A DNA stretch of 63,966 nt, the filler included, from Olpidium bornovanus S191 (lineage: Eukaryota > Fungi > Olpidiomycota), in assembly GCA_017911155.1 (NCBI GenBank). It is 22 parts of 22 records of this genome, joined end to end, with 100 filler letters (N's around TTAATTAATTAA, not from the genome) between each part and the next. Parts side by side here need not be neighbours in the genome. Positions count along the whole stretch, not along the records: positions 20,834 to 23,046 come from JAEFCI010005692.1; positions 23,147 to 26,576 come from JAEFCI010013258.1; positions 26,677 to 29,374 come from JAEFCI010001225.1; positions 29,475 to 31,929 come from JAEFCI010013302.1; positions 32,030 to 35,637 come from JAEFCI010008417.1; 17 more parts are not named here. The stretch is one strand, 5' to 3'. Below are positions 20,851-32,855 of the stretch, in pieces (the first letter of the stretch is position 1; the number at the start of each line of letters is the position of its first letter). The notes beneath the pieces were generated by a model. That model saw only the letters and a list, made by a program, of their open reading frames with translations, had not been told where the DNA came from and made no database searches. The translations under genes were made by a program, and so were the position numbers.

Positions 20851-23046
20851 TCAGTCGCTCCAAGTCGTGATGAGAGAGTCGCCCACGCCTGATGGCGTCA
20901 GCACGCCGACGTCAGTGAACAGCAAGGTGATGTATTTAGGGGGCGTATAGTCCAGGGAAGGGTCCGCGGCCTTCGACGCGCACAACGGGGAATTAGTGCG
21001 GGGGGAAGAGGCCGGGGAAGGGGAAGGGGGAAAGGGGAAGGGGAACGGGGACAAAAGTCAGCGAACATAGGCATCCGACAAAAGGCACCCGCGCTCGGCA
21101 GTCCACCCCACCTCCAGACCGTCGGTCTCAAAGTTTCGTCGTGGCTCTCCATCCTCTACCGTGTACTGGATCATGTCGGCGCTGTGCTTGAAGTCCTGCT
21201 GGTCTAGCGGGAACATCCGCACAAACTTGAAGCTGCGACGGTGTCGTACGGAGGAGAACTTAGCAGAAGTAAATTCACATATTAATACTTCGGGCGGAAA
21301 AAATTAGAGCTTTACTTACCTTTCGGCAATCGCGTACAGCGGCTTGTTTGCTGCTTTTGCGATAATACCGACTTGGTACGTCCCAACCTACCAGGGCGAT
21401 AACGCGCAATCTACGATGTCAGCTGGAGAGGGCATTTCACGTGCAGTCAAACAAAAAAAGTGTAAGATCAGATTTACGGTGGCCGTTTATGCATCCAAAA
21501 CGACACATACGTGGTTGATCAGCCCCCCATTCTCGACCACGCCCTCGGCTCCCACAAGCACCATGTCGACCTTGTCCATGAAGTAAGCCACCGCGGTATC
21601 AATGATTACAGTCACCGGAATGTTGAATTTGCTCAGCAACCGGGCAGCTTTTCTCCTGGATTCATAAGAACCCACATGGGCAGAAGCGGAAGCGTCAGCT
21701 ATATTCCACCGTTTCCCCTGAACCTTTCATTTTTCTTCTTGTCGTTTGTCCTCCGGCCGTACGAGGGGTGTGTGGGGGGGAACGGATGGGGAAGAGGATG
21801 TTCAACGGATTTCATAAAAAGATTCCCACCCGTTGTTTGACGGCTGCGATTCCGTCACATAAACCCTGACCCGCCGCTTCGCTTCCGCCGCCCGCTGCAG
21901 AAGGAGCGTGATTACCCGCGAGTAGGAGTGGACCAGGATCACCGCGTCGTCCTTTATGAAGGGGAGGCCTTGCGCCGCGGTCTTCTCCCGGCACGCGCGC
22001 GCCTTCATCACGAGGTGACCGCCGCGCTTGATGAGATCGCTCTTCAAGTCCTTCACGTCCTGCGAAACGCGTGCCCGGGTCAGAAACGGTGCGGGGCAGC
22101 ATCGCCGATGAAGAAGAAGAAAAAGAAGAGGTTGACGCAGTGCGGAATGAGTTGCGAAAACGGCCCGGCGTAGGCAAACTCGCTGGGGGCTTGCCCGCAC
22201 ACACACTGCCCGGTGAAAGTGGGGGGGGGGGGGGGGAGGGGGGGGGGGGGGGGGTTGGCGTAGAAGCGAAGGTGCGCGACGTTCTTCCAAGGGCTGCCTG
22301 TCTTCCCACGCAAGAAAAAAAGAAAAAAAAAATTGCGCCCGACAACAAAATAACAAAGACAAAAAAACTCACGGAGAATCCTGCCGTTGCGCTGTTGACG
22401 AACCGCATGAACAGATCGCAGCCGGCCGTGATCGACACCGGGTTCTTTGTGGACGTCTTGAGCGCGTCGGCCGCGGCCTCAAGGCTCTTGGTAAACTCGA
22501 AGGTAGTGGTGGCTGAATTGTTTTTTTGTTTGTTCGTCGGGCAAGCGGTGAGGCGGGACCGCAGCTTCTTCTCCGGACCCCACACTATCCCCTTCCCCTG
22601 CCCTCTACGGCTCACGCACACGCACGCCCTCAAATAGCTTTCTCTTCCCCTCGTTGGCAGCACGCCGCGGAAGGGAGGGAAAAAAGGCCCGGGAAGAAAA
22701 ACGTGGCCGGGGCCCCGCCCCTTCCCCCGTCCCCCTTCGTTTCCCCCCCGCTCACCACCGCTGTACTTGATGAACTCCACCAGCGAGAATATGGCCGCCA
22801 CCGGCGTTGACAGGTCCTGCGGCGTAAAGCGGGAAGCGCGGTGCGCTTTTTTTCGTTCAGAGCCCGTAGCCCCCCTTCCCCGCCTCCCCCCCCCCCCCCT
22901 TCTTTCCTCCCCCCCCGTCGGGGGGGTACGGGGCACGGTCCCGGCGGGGAGCTCTCGCTGCTCTCTCTTTCTCGCAAGGGCGGGCCTCACCACCCAACTC
23001 GCGGACCGACCTCGTTCTCCGCCAGGGTGTTTCTGAAGTACTGGAC
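20851..23046 (-). CDS. GCN3: eIF2B alpha subunit (multi-exon, 5' end off contig)
   Basis: Exons encode [12 protein letters not shown]; [13 protein letters not shown]; [16 protein letters not shown]; VYVTESQP; [29 protein letters not shown]; [11 protein letters not shown]; [24 protein letters not shown]. Confidence 0.95.
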
Positions 23047-23146
23047 NNNNNNNNNNNNNNNNNNNNNNNNNNNNNNNNNNNNNNNNNNNNTTAATTAATT
23101 AANNNNNNNNNNNNNNNNNNNNNNNNNNNNNNNNNNNNNNNNNNNN

Positions 23147-25043
23147 GAAGCCCGACGACGTGGTGGGCGAGTTGCGGAAGTGGCTGCCGGAAGACGACGG
23201 TGCGCGCCGCCCTCTCCCCGTCGACGCGGACAAGCATCAGAACGCAAAATGGCGGCGGAGGCAGCCGACGAGCGGGGCCGGGCGGACGCCCTCGCCGCGC
23301 CAGACCTCAGAGCCGCGGCTTTCCGGGACGCCGCCGCCGCGCTCCACCTCGGCCGAGCGTCACGAGGGTGCCGCATCGCCGGCGGCGCAGACGCGCCGGC
23401 GGGCGGCGGCTTCGGCTTCGGCTTCGGCTTCGGCGGCGTCGACGACGACGACGACGACGACGCCACCTCCGTGTACCGGCCCGCCGTCCGCCCGGAGCCG
23501 AGGGGCGACCTCGCCGAGCTGGAAGCTTTCCTCGGCCGGCCGCTGCCCTTCGGAAGGCTCGCGCTGCGGGGCGGCGGGCCGCCCGACGCGGCGGCGGCGG
23601 CTGCGGCTGCGGCCCGCAGCTCGCCGGTGCGGAGCGAGCGGCGGCCCGCGCCGGCGGCGCCCGGCGAGGCCCGGCCCGAGCCGGCGGCGGCCGGGAACGA
23701 GCGGGAAATGGCGGGAGCGGAGCGCGGCCGCAAGCGACGAGACCGGCGCGTTTCGGGCGGCGGCGGGCGCGACGGGGCGGCCTCGGCAGGCGCCGCGGCG
23801 ACCCCGGCTGGGCCGGCGGCCGGTTCGCGCGCCCGGAGACGCGTCGGCGCAGGGCCAGGGTCAGAGCCGCGGAAACGGACCCGCGTCTCCCGGCCGGCTG
23901 GCGCCGCCGACCCTCAGTCGCCCCTGGACACTGACGGAGGCCGCGCCGACCGCGATCCCCCTGTCGACGAAGGCGGCCGCGGCGTCCCGCCGCCGGCGTC
24001 CGTCGCCGACCACAACACGCTGAAGGTCGACAAGAAGTATAGAGAGGGAGATGCTGCTGACGGACGCAGGAATGCCAGATTGGTCGCCGGGAAAAGGGCG
24101 AGGCGACTTTCCGCCTCGCCGACGGTCTCCCCGCCGAACCTGCGCGCTCTGCCGCCGCTCCGCCCTCCCGATTGGAAACGGAAAGGCCGGAACGTAACGA
24201 CTGATGAAACAGGTACGAGGCGTTTCTGAAGAGTTTTCCCCCATTGACTGCCGACCACTGATTATCCAACTAAAACGCCCAGTGGATGCGCTGGCCGTCG
24301 TTGAAACCGCGGCGGAACCGGATCCCGCCGACGAAGCCGTTGTCCTGGAGGATGTACGCGCCGACGATTCGCGCGCAAGCCCGGACTGCGCAGGTGCAGC
24401 GGACGCCGCCAACGAAGCACGTCCTTCCTACAAGCGATCTTCCAACCTCTCGTCCGACCTCTCTTCCGTGCCCGAGGATGCCTTTTCCAGCGAGTGGGAA
24501 GGTCCTTGTCGCTCGCCGCTCGACCCCCAGAGGTCTGCCGGCTTCACCAGCTACGGCACGCCAGGAAGTATCTCTGGTTCCGGTAAATTCGTGGCGGAGG
24601 TGCTCGTCGAGAGCACTCCGCGCACCCGGTCGGCGACGCTGCGTTCGTCGGCTCCAGAGCCGGAAACGCCGTTACGGCTGAGCACGCCTATAATACCAGA
24701 GTCACCACCGGAGCCGGATGCTAATTGGGAGCCAGGGGCGGCTGCGGAGCCAGGGGCGGCTGCGGAGCCGGTAGCGACGCCCGGCCCGGTTGCGGAGCCG
24801 GAAACGACCGCCAGCGGCGTTGCGGCGCCGGATGCGACGCCCAGCGAGGTTGCGGAGCCGGAGGCGACGCCTATCAGCGCTCAAAAGCGGGGTATACGGA
24901 AACACCGCGTCAGCGCGGACAGGAATCTGGGAGACCCGTTGTTCGTGTCCGAAGACGACGCTAGTACCCCGTTTACGCGCACCACGCGCTCTAAGGGCCG
25001 GCCAACAGGCGCTGCCATCCGTGCGTTCAGCGCCAGGAAGTAA
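23147..25043 (+). CDS. Hypothetical low-complexity protein, 3' part (AAEPG/APDATP repeats near the C-terminus)
   Basis: Long open frames 23180-24229 and 24204-25043 are probably joined by an intron starting GTACGA near 24212. No family recognised. Confidence 0.4.
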
Positions 25044-25428
25044 ACCGGAGCGCCGCAGGGTCGCCTATTTACGTTGGCGTGTTGACTGTATCGCGGAAAC
25101 CCCACCGTTTATTATCGTACGGTCCAACGCATTATTGTGTTCGTCACCTCTTTTCCATCGCACGCTTCGAACTTTAGGCGGTGCTGACAGTGCATTGCAG
25201 ATATTTCCGTTGCCCTTTTTTTTTACGAGTGGCTTGGGGCGTTGCAGTAAAGAGCACCTGCGTCGCGTGTGGGTCGCAGTTAGCTGTTTTCGCAGGTGTA
25301 CAGAGGGAGGACTGTTCGAAGTTTAGAGCGCGGCACTGTCCGCTTTCGTCCGGCAATTACCAACAGTCTTCATCGTCCGTACTGGTAAATGTACGGTGGA
25401 AGAATCCTTTTCCTTTCAGCAGGCTATG

Positions 25429-25830
25429 TCACTCAATCTCATCGTCGTCATCATTGCTCGCTTGGCCTAGCAACGCTATCGTGCCCGCATTCTTTGTCGT
25501 GTACGTAGACCGACGCGAGCCACCGTCCGCCGCCAGTATGGGCGCTAGCACGGTGGCCTTGTTGTTGCAAGTCCCGCAAATGCGACCGTTGACGATCATC
25601 TCGTCCAAAATGAGATGCACCTTTTCCGGGTGGAAGAGGATGTCGATCTCGCGCTCAAAATTGGTGTTCGAAGACGGGGAGGAGGTCACACAGGAGCGTC
25701 AGCACGGACTCCGCAAGCGGGGATAATTTCCTGTTCTGGTAATTTTGCCGAGCAAGACAACGGAAATGCCCCGGGGTGCAACCCTGGCACAATTACTTGC
25801 AAAATGGCAAGGCTCGCCGGGTAGCCGGGT
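25429..25830 (-). pseudogene. Adaptor complex sigma subunit fragment, most like AP-4 sigma; appears degenerate
   Basis: EIDILFHPEKVHLILDEMIVNGRICGTCNNKATVLAPI at 25531-25650. The DEM..NG.I..T...LAP pattern is the AP-4 sigma type. A possible upstream SLAILQ exon lies near 25795-25815, but I could not build a clean gene model. Confidence 0.55.
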
Positions 25831-26676
25831 CGGCTGTAATTTCGGAGCGCACGAGCAGGGTCGAAAAACCGGCAGAACGACCGGCGCACGCCCAGACACC
25901 GGCTTACCACAAAGTCGAAGTAGGCGTTCAGCGTCTCTGCGTGAACCGAAAAACGGTTCCGAGCCGAGGGTCAATCCACGAGTCCCGCCGAAACGCCGTG
26001 CCCGTTCCCGTTCCCGATATCCGCGCCCGTGAAAACGTTTTTTTTGCGCAAACACACCGACGAAGACCTGGATGAACTCAAGGATGGCAAACTCGTTCTG
26101 CGCGACGACGCGAGGAAACCAGCCGGGTCGGCAAACAGGGGTTCGCGTCTCCCGTCAGCGAAGCCAAAACACCACTGTTACCTCACCTCATCTCCGTCGG
26201 CGGACACGATGAAATAAAGGGATGCGTACCGTCGATAGACTGTGCGTTCGGGACGAGTGTGGGGATAGTGCGGAGAAAGGAGGAGACGGAACCGAAGGAC
26301 GCGTCGGGCAGCCTGCCGAAACCCGTTCTTCGCCAACGTCATGTCGATTTTACGCGGTTGATAAGTAGTGTCGCGTACCGATCGTCAACGACTCGAAATA
26401 GAGTATGGAGCTCTGCAGCAAAAGGTCCCGGGCGCGCGGCGCCGATCCGGCGGGGCGACCATCCCGTCAGACTCGTTCTTCGACCCGCTTCGGAAACAAG
26501 GGACGCCCGCCGCCCTCCCCTCCGTGCGGGCAGTCGGAAGACGCCTAAACCGAAAGGCGTCCCCCCGCGGCCCCCCNNNNNNNNNNNNNNNNNNNNNNNN
26601 NNNNNNNNNNNNNNNNNNNNTTAATTAATTAANNNNNNNNNNNNNNNNNNNNNNNNNNNNNNNNNNNNNNNNNNNN

Positions 26677-26871
26677 GCAATCCGCCAGGCGCTCGCCAAG
26701 GCCATTGTCGCATTTTACCAGAAGTACGTCGACGAGGCGTCCAAGAAGGAGATCAAGGATATTCTGATCGCCCATGACCGCTCCCTGCTTGTTGCCGACC
26801 CGCGCCGCTGCGAGCCCAAGAAGTTTGGTGGTGCCGGCGCACGCGCCCGTTACCAGAAGTCCTACCGGTGA
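26677..26871 (+). CDS. RPS16: 40S ribosomal protein S16 (uS9), C-terminal part
   Basis: [64 protein letters not shown]. Confidence 0.98.
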   Translation, partial: AIRQALAKAIVAFYQKYVDEASKKEIKDILIAHDRSLLVADPRRCEPKKFGGAGARARYQKSYR

Positions 26872-27299
26872 TTATTTTATTGGTTTTTCTGTTTGAAATT
26901 GAAGAATCTGTAGTAGGTTTATGACTAACCCACCCTTGTCATTTTTACCTCCCGCAGTTAATTTTCCGCCCTTTGCATACATATTGAAAAACTGCCGTTT
27001 TACTTGCCCTAAAGTCGTGTCGGCTAATTTTTGCGTTATTTTGACATGGTGGCGAGGCCAGCTTCGGCTAATTGTTGGTGGGGTCATTTGTATGATAATA
27101 CTTTGGGACGCGGATGGTTTGGTGTTCCATTTTTGTTCCGTTTGGTTCCAAACATACCTTGCTTTGTTGATATGCTTCTTCAGGGGTGATCCACATGGAG
27201 GTTGATAGGGCCTCGCGTTGGCCGATGGAGCGCGTTTGGCGAACTGTGTCAGCCTGGAGGGCGAGGGTTGGTTGTCTAGCCCGCCAGGACAGCGGCCGA

Positions 27300-27571
27300 T
27301 CGGAGATAAGAAGAAAAGGCTTGTCCATGGGGCCGGCGCGGCCGGGGCATCATCGACGAAACCGAAATCGAATGTCGAAAAGAGCAAGGAGACCAAGACC
27401 AAGGTCACCTGTTACAGTTGCGGCAAGCGGGGACGTAACGCAAATGAGTGCCGCACGCCGAAGAAGCAGAAGGGTGCCAAGAATCTTGATGCCAAGGCCA
27501 AGAGCGCGCCAACCACCGCCACCGTCTGGGTTCTAAGATTCTACAAGACGCCGGTCTACGGCTCTATTTAA
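27300..27571 (+). mobile_element. Retrotransposon gag relic with degenerate zinc knuckle
   Basis: CYSCGKRGRNANEC at 27410-27451 (CX2CX4HX4C with His replaced by Asn) in a Lys-rich context. Confidence 0.65.
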
Positions 27572-27801
27572 GCGCGGCGCGGGCGCGGGTGCCCGCGTGT
27601 ATGTTTGCCGCGCTGGTGTGTCCAGTTGTGCGGGATTCAGTTGTGCGTACGTGGCCTGCCTGGCGTGTGGGAGTTCCGCGTGTGCGGAAACACCACAAGT
27701 GCGGAACTCCCACGCGGTATTGTCTGGGGGACGGTCACGTAACTGGGAGCCAGGCACGCCGGCTGGGGTGGTAGCCCGGTGGGTCACGTGACTTGCCGTC
27801 G

Positions 27802-28480
27802 TTATGCGCACCCGTCAATGCACTCTGCAGTTGCCGGGATGTCGTGTGTGTGTGCCAACACCCGTATCTTGGCGATATCCGCACCCCCGCAACAGCGCGG
27901 ATCTGTATTGCTAATGATTGAGGACGTAGGAGAGCGAGGACGCGGTTTTACTGGAAAGAGAATGCATTGATTGAAAAAGAGGTCGTCAGTTGGTCGTCGA
28001 CAACCACTTTCATTATGGTCATGGTCATGTTCACCACTGTTGCGTATGTGGCACGTGCTGCCTCCTCTCCCTTGTGCCTGTACGGCTAGGAAAGCAGATA
28101 GGCGATCAGAACGAGTAAAACGCGGTGGACAAAAAAGAAACACTGTGCCTGAAAGAGCATCGTTGCGTAGGCGAAATTGAGTGCCATTGGCTTGTGTCTC
28201 AGTGACGATCTGTGTACGCATGAGTAAGAGACGTCGGGCCAGGTCATCCTGGTATTGAGCCTGGAAATCCCCCTTGGTAAGAAACTCGCCGGGACGGAGG
28301 CTGACGTGTTGCATTGTGAGCTCTCGGGTTTTCTCCCATGTGGTTTACCACAGCCTTTGCACAAGGGCTGCACTCTTCTGTCCTTCCAACCGTGGGTTTG
28401 TCTTTGTCCCACTGGGGTTTGACAAGGCAGCACGACTCTAGATCAAAAACTTCTAAACCCCGTTCTCACATACCAATGTG
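27802..28480 (-). mobile_element. Highly degraded LTR-retrotransposon internal fragment with possible PBS and LTR end
   Basis: QAQYQDD...FRLRNDAL and VLAHTHDIP resemble the gypsy RNaseH-integrase linker. On the minus strand, ...AGCACA (28477) is followed by T and TGGTATGTGAG, which is PBS-like. Confidence 0.4.
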
Positions 28481-29224
28481 CTAGAGAGCATCAGGTTGTA
28501 CGTTACCAGTGTATCGCTTGGAAATCCGTTTGCCCTTCCGTCAAGGGGAAGTATTCCGGACATTTTAGTCCTGGCCTTGGGCTCAGCCACTCACTACACA
28601 CAATACAACCTAGTAGTACCACACAGCAATCTTTCTTCTACGTTACGGAAAAGATTTAGCCTGTACATACGCGTCGGGCCGGCGGTTGCGTAAATAAACG
28701 GACCACCGTCCCCCCGCGACCTGCTGCGACCGCACAAGTTGACAAAAACGACGAGAATAAACAAAGAGGGGATGGGGAAGGGGAAGTGAGGTAGAAATGG
28801 ACGAACAGATCCCGGGGAAAGGGTGGGGGGGAGGGAGGGGGAGCTGGAGGTTAACCCTCCGAAGTCCAATTCGTGCCCTTGGCTAGTCAAAGACCTGGGC
28901 TGGCAGGGGCCGTTGGGGGGAGGGGTAAGTATCGGGCCACAAGAGGTGAAACGTAGTCTGAAACTAAGAAGGTTTCAGGGCACCGCGCCCACTAGAGATT
29001 TTACCCTGAACTGCTCTTTATAAAAGCGTGTAGAACGCCTGAAAAACAGCTCCCCGCGAGCCTCTTCTGCCCATATCTGACAAAGAGCGTCCGTCCGTCT
29101 TTCTATTACTTTTCTTTTGGGCGGACAACGATTTCGCGCGCGCTGGGCGGCCGAGATGGCCCATAATTCTTTTACACTTGTGAAGAGCATTTACAATTGC
29201 GGCAGGCGAGGGGAGGGAGAGGGG

Positions 29225-29261
<37 letters not shown>

Positions 29262-30105
29262 AGGTGTGGGGAAGGGGCATTCTGGAACTGCTTTTTGCAG
29301 TGCTTCTACAGGAATGAGAAGCAAACGCCCCCTCAAATCTGCACCGCCCCCCCCCCCCCCCCCCCCCCCCCCCCNNNNNNNNNNNNNNNNNNNNNNNNNN
29401 NNNNNNNNNNNNNNNNNNTTAATTAATTAANNNNNNNNNNNNNNNNNNNNNNNNNNNNNNNNNNNNNNNNNNNNCATGCGGAAAAGCCCTGGTATGTCAG
29501 GTTTGAAAAGGACATACAATCTTTTGGGCTGTCACCAGTGAGATCAGTGCCGGAAGGCGTAGTGCTATTTTCCAAAATATTTCCGGCAGACTACAAGTTT
29601 TTCGCGTGGCTGCGCCAGGCCACACACAGGATGACCTTGGCGGCACCTGAAAGCCTTCTCTCTCCACGCGGTTTATCTTCCGCCGCGTTTCCCCAAAATT
29701 TGATCTGACATTAATTTTTCGGCATCAAGATAAGGAGAACAGGGCACGTGTACCGGCGGGGTACACGAACACCAGGGGTTCCGTTTTTAGTGCATCGCCG
29801 AACGGCCGCAGAATTTTTTTTTTTTTTTTTGACCTTCGGCAAAATATCGCGCCGCGTTCGCGTTCTGAGCCAACGCGAGAGGTGCCTGGGTCCCGGTCCC
29901 ACTCCCTAAACCCGCCGGCGGCGCGAGTTGACCCGCGCGGCTCCTCGCGAACAACACCGGGGGCCCTTCACAATGCGCGCGGAAGCCCTTGCGCTCCAGA
30001 ACTTCGGACTCTGGAGAAAAACAAAAAGCCCCAGGGTTGAAAGACCCGCAGGAAAAAAACTCTCGAGCGGCGTGCGAAGCGCGTGCAGAGGTGGTGGGGC
30101 GGGGG

Positions 30106-30152
<47 letters not shown>

Positions 30153-30669
30153 TTTAGCGCGCGCGCGCCAGGCTTTTATCTCCCGGGAGCGACGCGCGCG
30201 CGGCAAAGCAGGGACAAACATGGCCCCTCTTTATTGTTCCTTCCTCTCTGATCTGAGAGCTTCCAGGCGCGTCCTCGCGCGGACCAGGGTTTCTGCAAAA
30301 CAAACAAACGAAAAGAAAAATTCGACGGAGGTAGAACCGCGCGGGGCGGGGTCCGTTAAAAGTTTCGCTTTCGTCCCGGCCGCCCCTCGTCCCCGGATTG
30401 GGGGGGAGGGGAGGGGGGAATGGGGCCGGAGGCGGTCGGGCAGATGGTGTCGCGTTGAAAAGACGCCGTACCAGAAATGGAGTGAAGACTCCCTTGACCA
30501 GAACCTTCCCTGTTTTCCGCAGACCGGGCGGGTGGCGAAGAACGCTGGGGAGTTCAGCTCGTGTATTCTGGGCTGACGAAACGACCTTTCAAAACCAAAA
30601 AAAAAGAAGGAAAAAACGTACCGTCCGGTTGCGGGTCCGTGCTGTGGAGGAACGTGGTCTCTGGGAGGG

Positions 30670-30700
<31 letters not shown>

Positions 30701-30704
30701 AGCG

Positions 30705-30736
<32 letters not shown>

Positions 30737-30739
30737 CGG

Positions 30740-30775
<36 letters not shown>

Positions 30776-30804
30776 GAGGGGGGGGGGGGGGGGGGGGGGG
30801 GGCG

Positions 30805-30838
<34 letters not shown>

Positions 30839-30894
30839 CGTTCTCTCCTCTCTCCTTTTCCGTGGTTTCCCGCGCAGGGAGCGCGTCGCGGCGG

Positions 30895-30931
<37 letters not shown>

Positions 30932-30955
30932 GCAAAGCGCCCCTGGTTATGGAGA

Positions 30956-31816
30956 ATGGCCGACCAACCAGGGTCACCGCCGACCGCGCCGCCCCTGCGG
31001 CCGGGTGGCGCGGCCGGCTTTGCCTCCGGGAGCGCCGCCGCCGCCGCCGCCGTCCCTCTGGGAGCCCCGTTCGCGGCCGCCGCCGGGTTCCCGCGCCGCG
31101 GCGAAGCCGTCCGCCTCAAGCGGGAGCCGGAGGGCGGCGCGCGCGAGGCGGAGGCCGGCGAGGACGCGGGGGACGACGCGCGGCCCGCCCCCGCCCCCGC
31201 TGCCGCGCTCGCCCGCCCTGAGGCTCCGGGACGCGCCCTCGCCCAGAGCGCCGGCGCCGGGAACGGCGGGATCGCCGCCGTCGTCGGCGAGGAGGAGGAG
31301 GAGGGCGGCGGCGGGCTCGAGGCCGCGCGGAACGGCGACGCGGCGGTCGGGCCTCGGCTCGGCGACGGCGCGGACGGCCCGGCGGGACCGCCGGCGGGGC
31401 AGCTCGGAGAGTACCAAGTCGACGCCGCCGGCCGGTCGTACGATTACGCGGCGGGGTACCGGCACGCGCCGCAGTACGATCACGAGCAGCACCGGCAGCA
31501 GTTGGAGCGGACGCAACAGGAACAGGGCCAGGCCCAACGGCAGTGGCAGCAGCAGCAGCAGCAGCAGCTGCTGCACGCTCACAACCAGCAGCGGCACCAC
31601 GCGCGCGCGGAGCAGGCGGCCGCCGCGCATCCGCCCGCCAACCACCACCACGCCGCGCACGTCGGCGCGCAATCGAACGCGGCGCACGCCGAGTTCCTAC
31701 ACAACTTTTGGACCGAACGGATGAACGAGGCGCACAACTACGTGTACGACTCCAAGTCACACCCGCTCCCGCTGGCTCGGATCAAGCGGGTCATGAAGAC
31801 AGATCCGGAGGTGAAG
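30956..31816 (+). CDS. HAP5: CCAAT-binding factor subunit NF-YC/Hap5, first exon
   Basis: Long Ala/Gly/Gln-rich N-terminus, then FLHNFWTERM...HPLPLARIKRVMKTDPEVK and a GTGCGG donor. Confidence 0.92.
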
Positions 31817-31869
31817 GTGCGGGCGGCGGCAAAAGTGGGGGGGGAAGGCATTTCTTAGTTCCGGTTTTG

Positions 31870-31907
<38 letters not shown>

Positions 31908-32855
31908 TTTTTTTTTTTTGGGGGGGGGCNNNNNNNNNNNNNNNNNNNNNNNNNNNNNNNNNNNNNNNNNNNNTTAATTAATTAANNNNNNNNNNNNNNN
32001 NNNNNNNNNNNNNNNNNNNNNNNNNNNNNGGAAAAAAAAAAAAAAAAAAAACAAACAAAACCCTAAGAAAAAAAGCGCTCCTCGCGGGACCTCCCCGTCC
32101 ACCCTGCCGCTTCCCCCCCGTCCGCGCGCAAAACGAAGGACGAAACGACGAAACGGGCGGCGGCGGGGCGACGACGCGCCCACGGAAACCGCGGCTCGTT
32201 TTTGCTCAGCGCGTGTTCCCAAAGGATCGCAATGGATCGCAACTCGTCCGACAGTAACAACCGGGGGGGAAGGGAGGGGGAGGGGCCACCCTGCGAGCGG
32301 CACTCGGGGGAAGAGGAAAAAAAAAAAAAAAAAAAAAAAAAGAAGGCCCCATCCAAATTTCCTCCATCCAAAAATTTCGCGCGGGAGGCGCGGTCTAATT
32401 TGTTTATATTACAGATATTATTTATGTTACTATATGTATTTGTATTACAGATACTATTTATTTGCGTGACGCCGGGAAACGTCAGAGGAACTGACCGGCG
32501 CGCGCGCCCGTCATCAACGCGAAGGGACGGCCGGGGAACCGGGCAAACAGAAATTTCCGTAACGCTAAATGGTACACGAGGAAAACACGGTTCCGGGGAG
32601 CTCGAGGGGGGAAAAAAAAAAAGTAAAATAAAAAGGGGAAATAAACAGAAAAAGTAAAAAAACAAAAATAAAAACAAAAATAAAAACAAAAATAAAAACA
32701 AAAACAAAAACAAAAACAAAAAAAATAACAGTAAAACCAAGAGGAAAAAAACAAAAAACAAAACGGAAAGTAAAGAACTCCGGAATAAATATTTTTTTTT
32801 TATCAGGGCGCCGTCGGCTGAATGGGGGCCCCCCCCCCCCCTTCCTTCCGGCTCC

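Noticed and set aside
26872-27408. Minus-strand ORF abutting the RPS16 stop as a Tc1/mariner C-terminus (W..., KL..., AKGG)
   Set aside because: The motif spacing does not fit and SPDLNPIE is absent. An alternative spliced reading (GTATGT...AATTAG) is equally weak.
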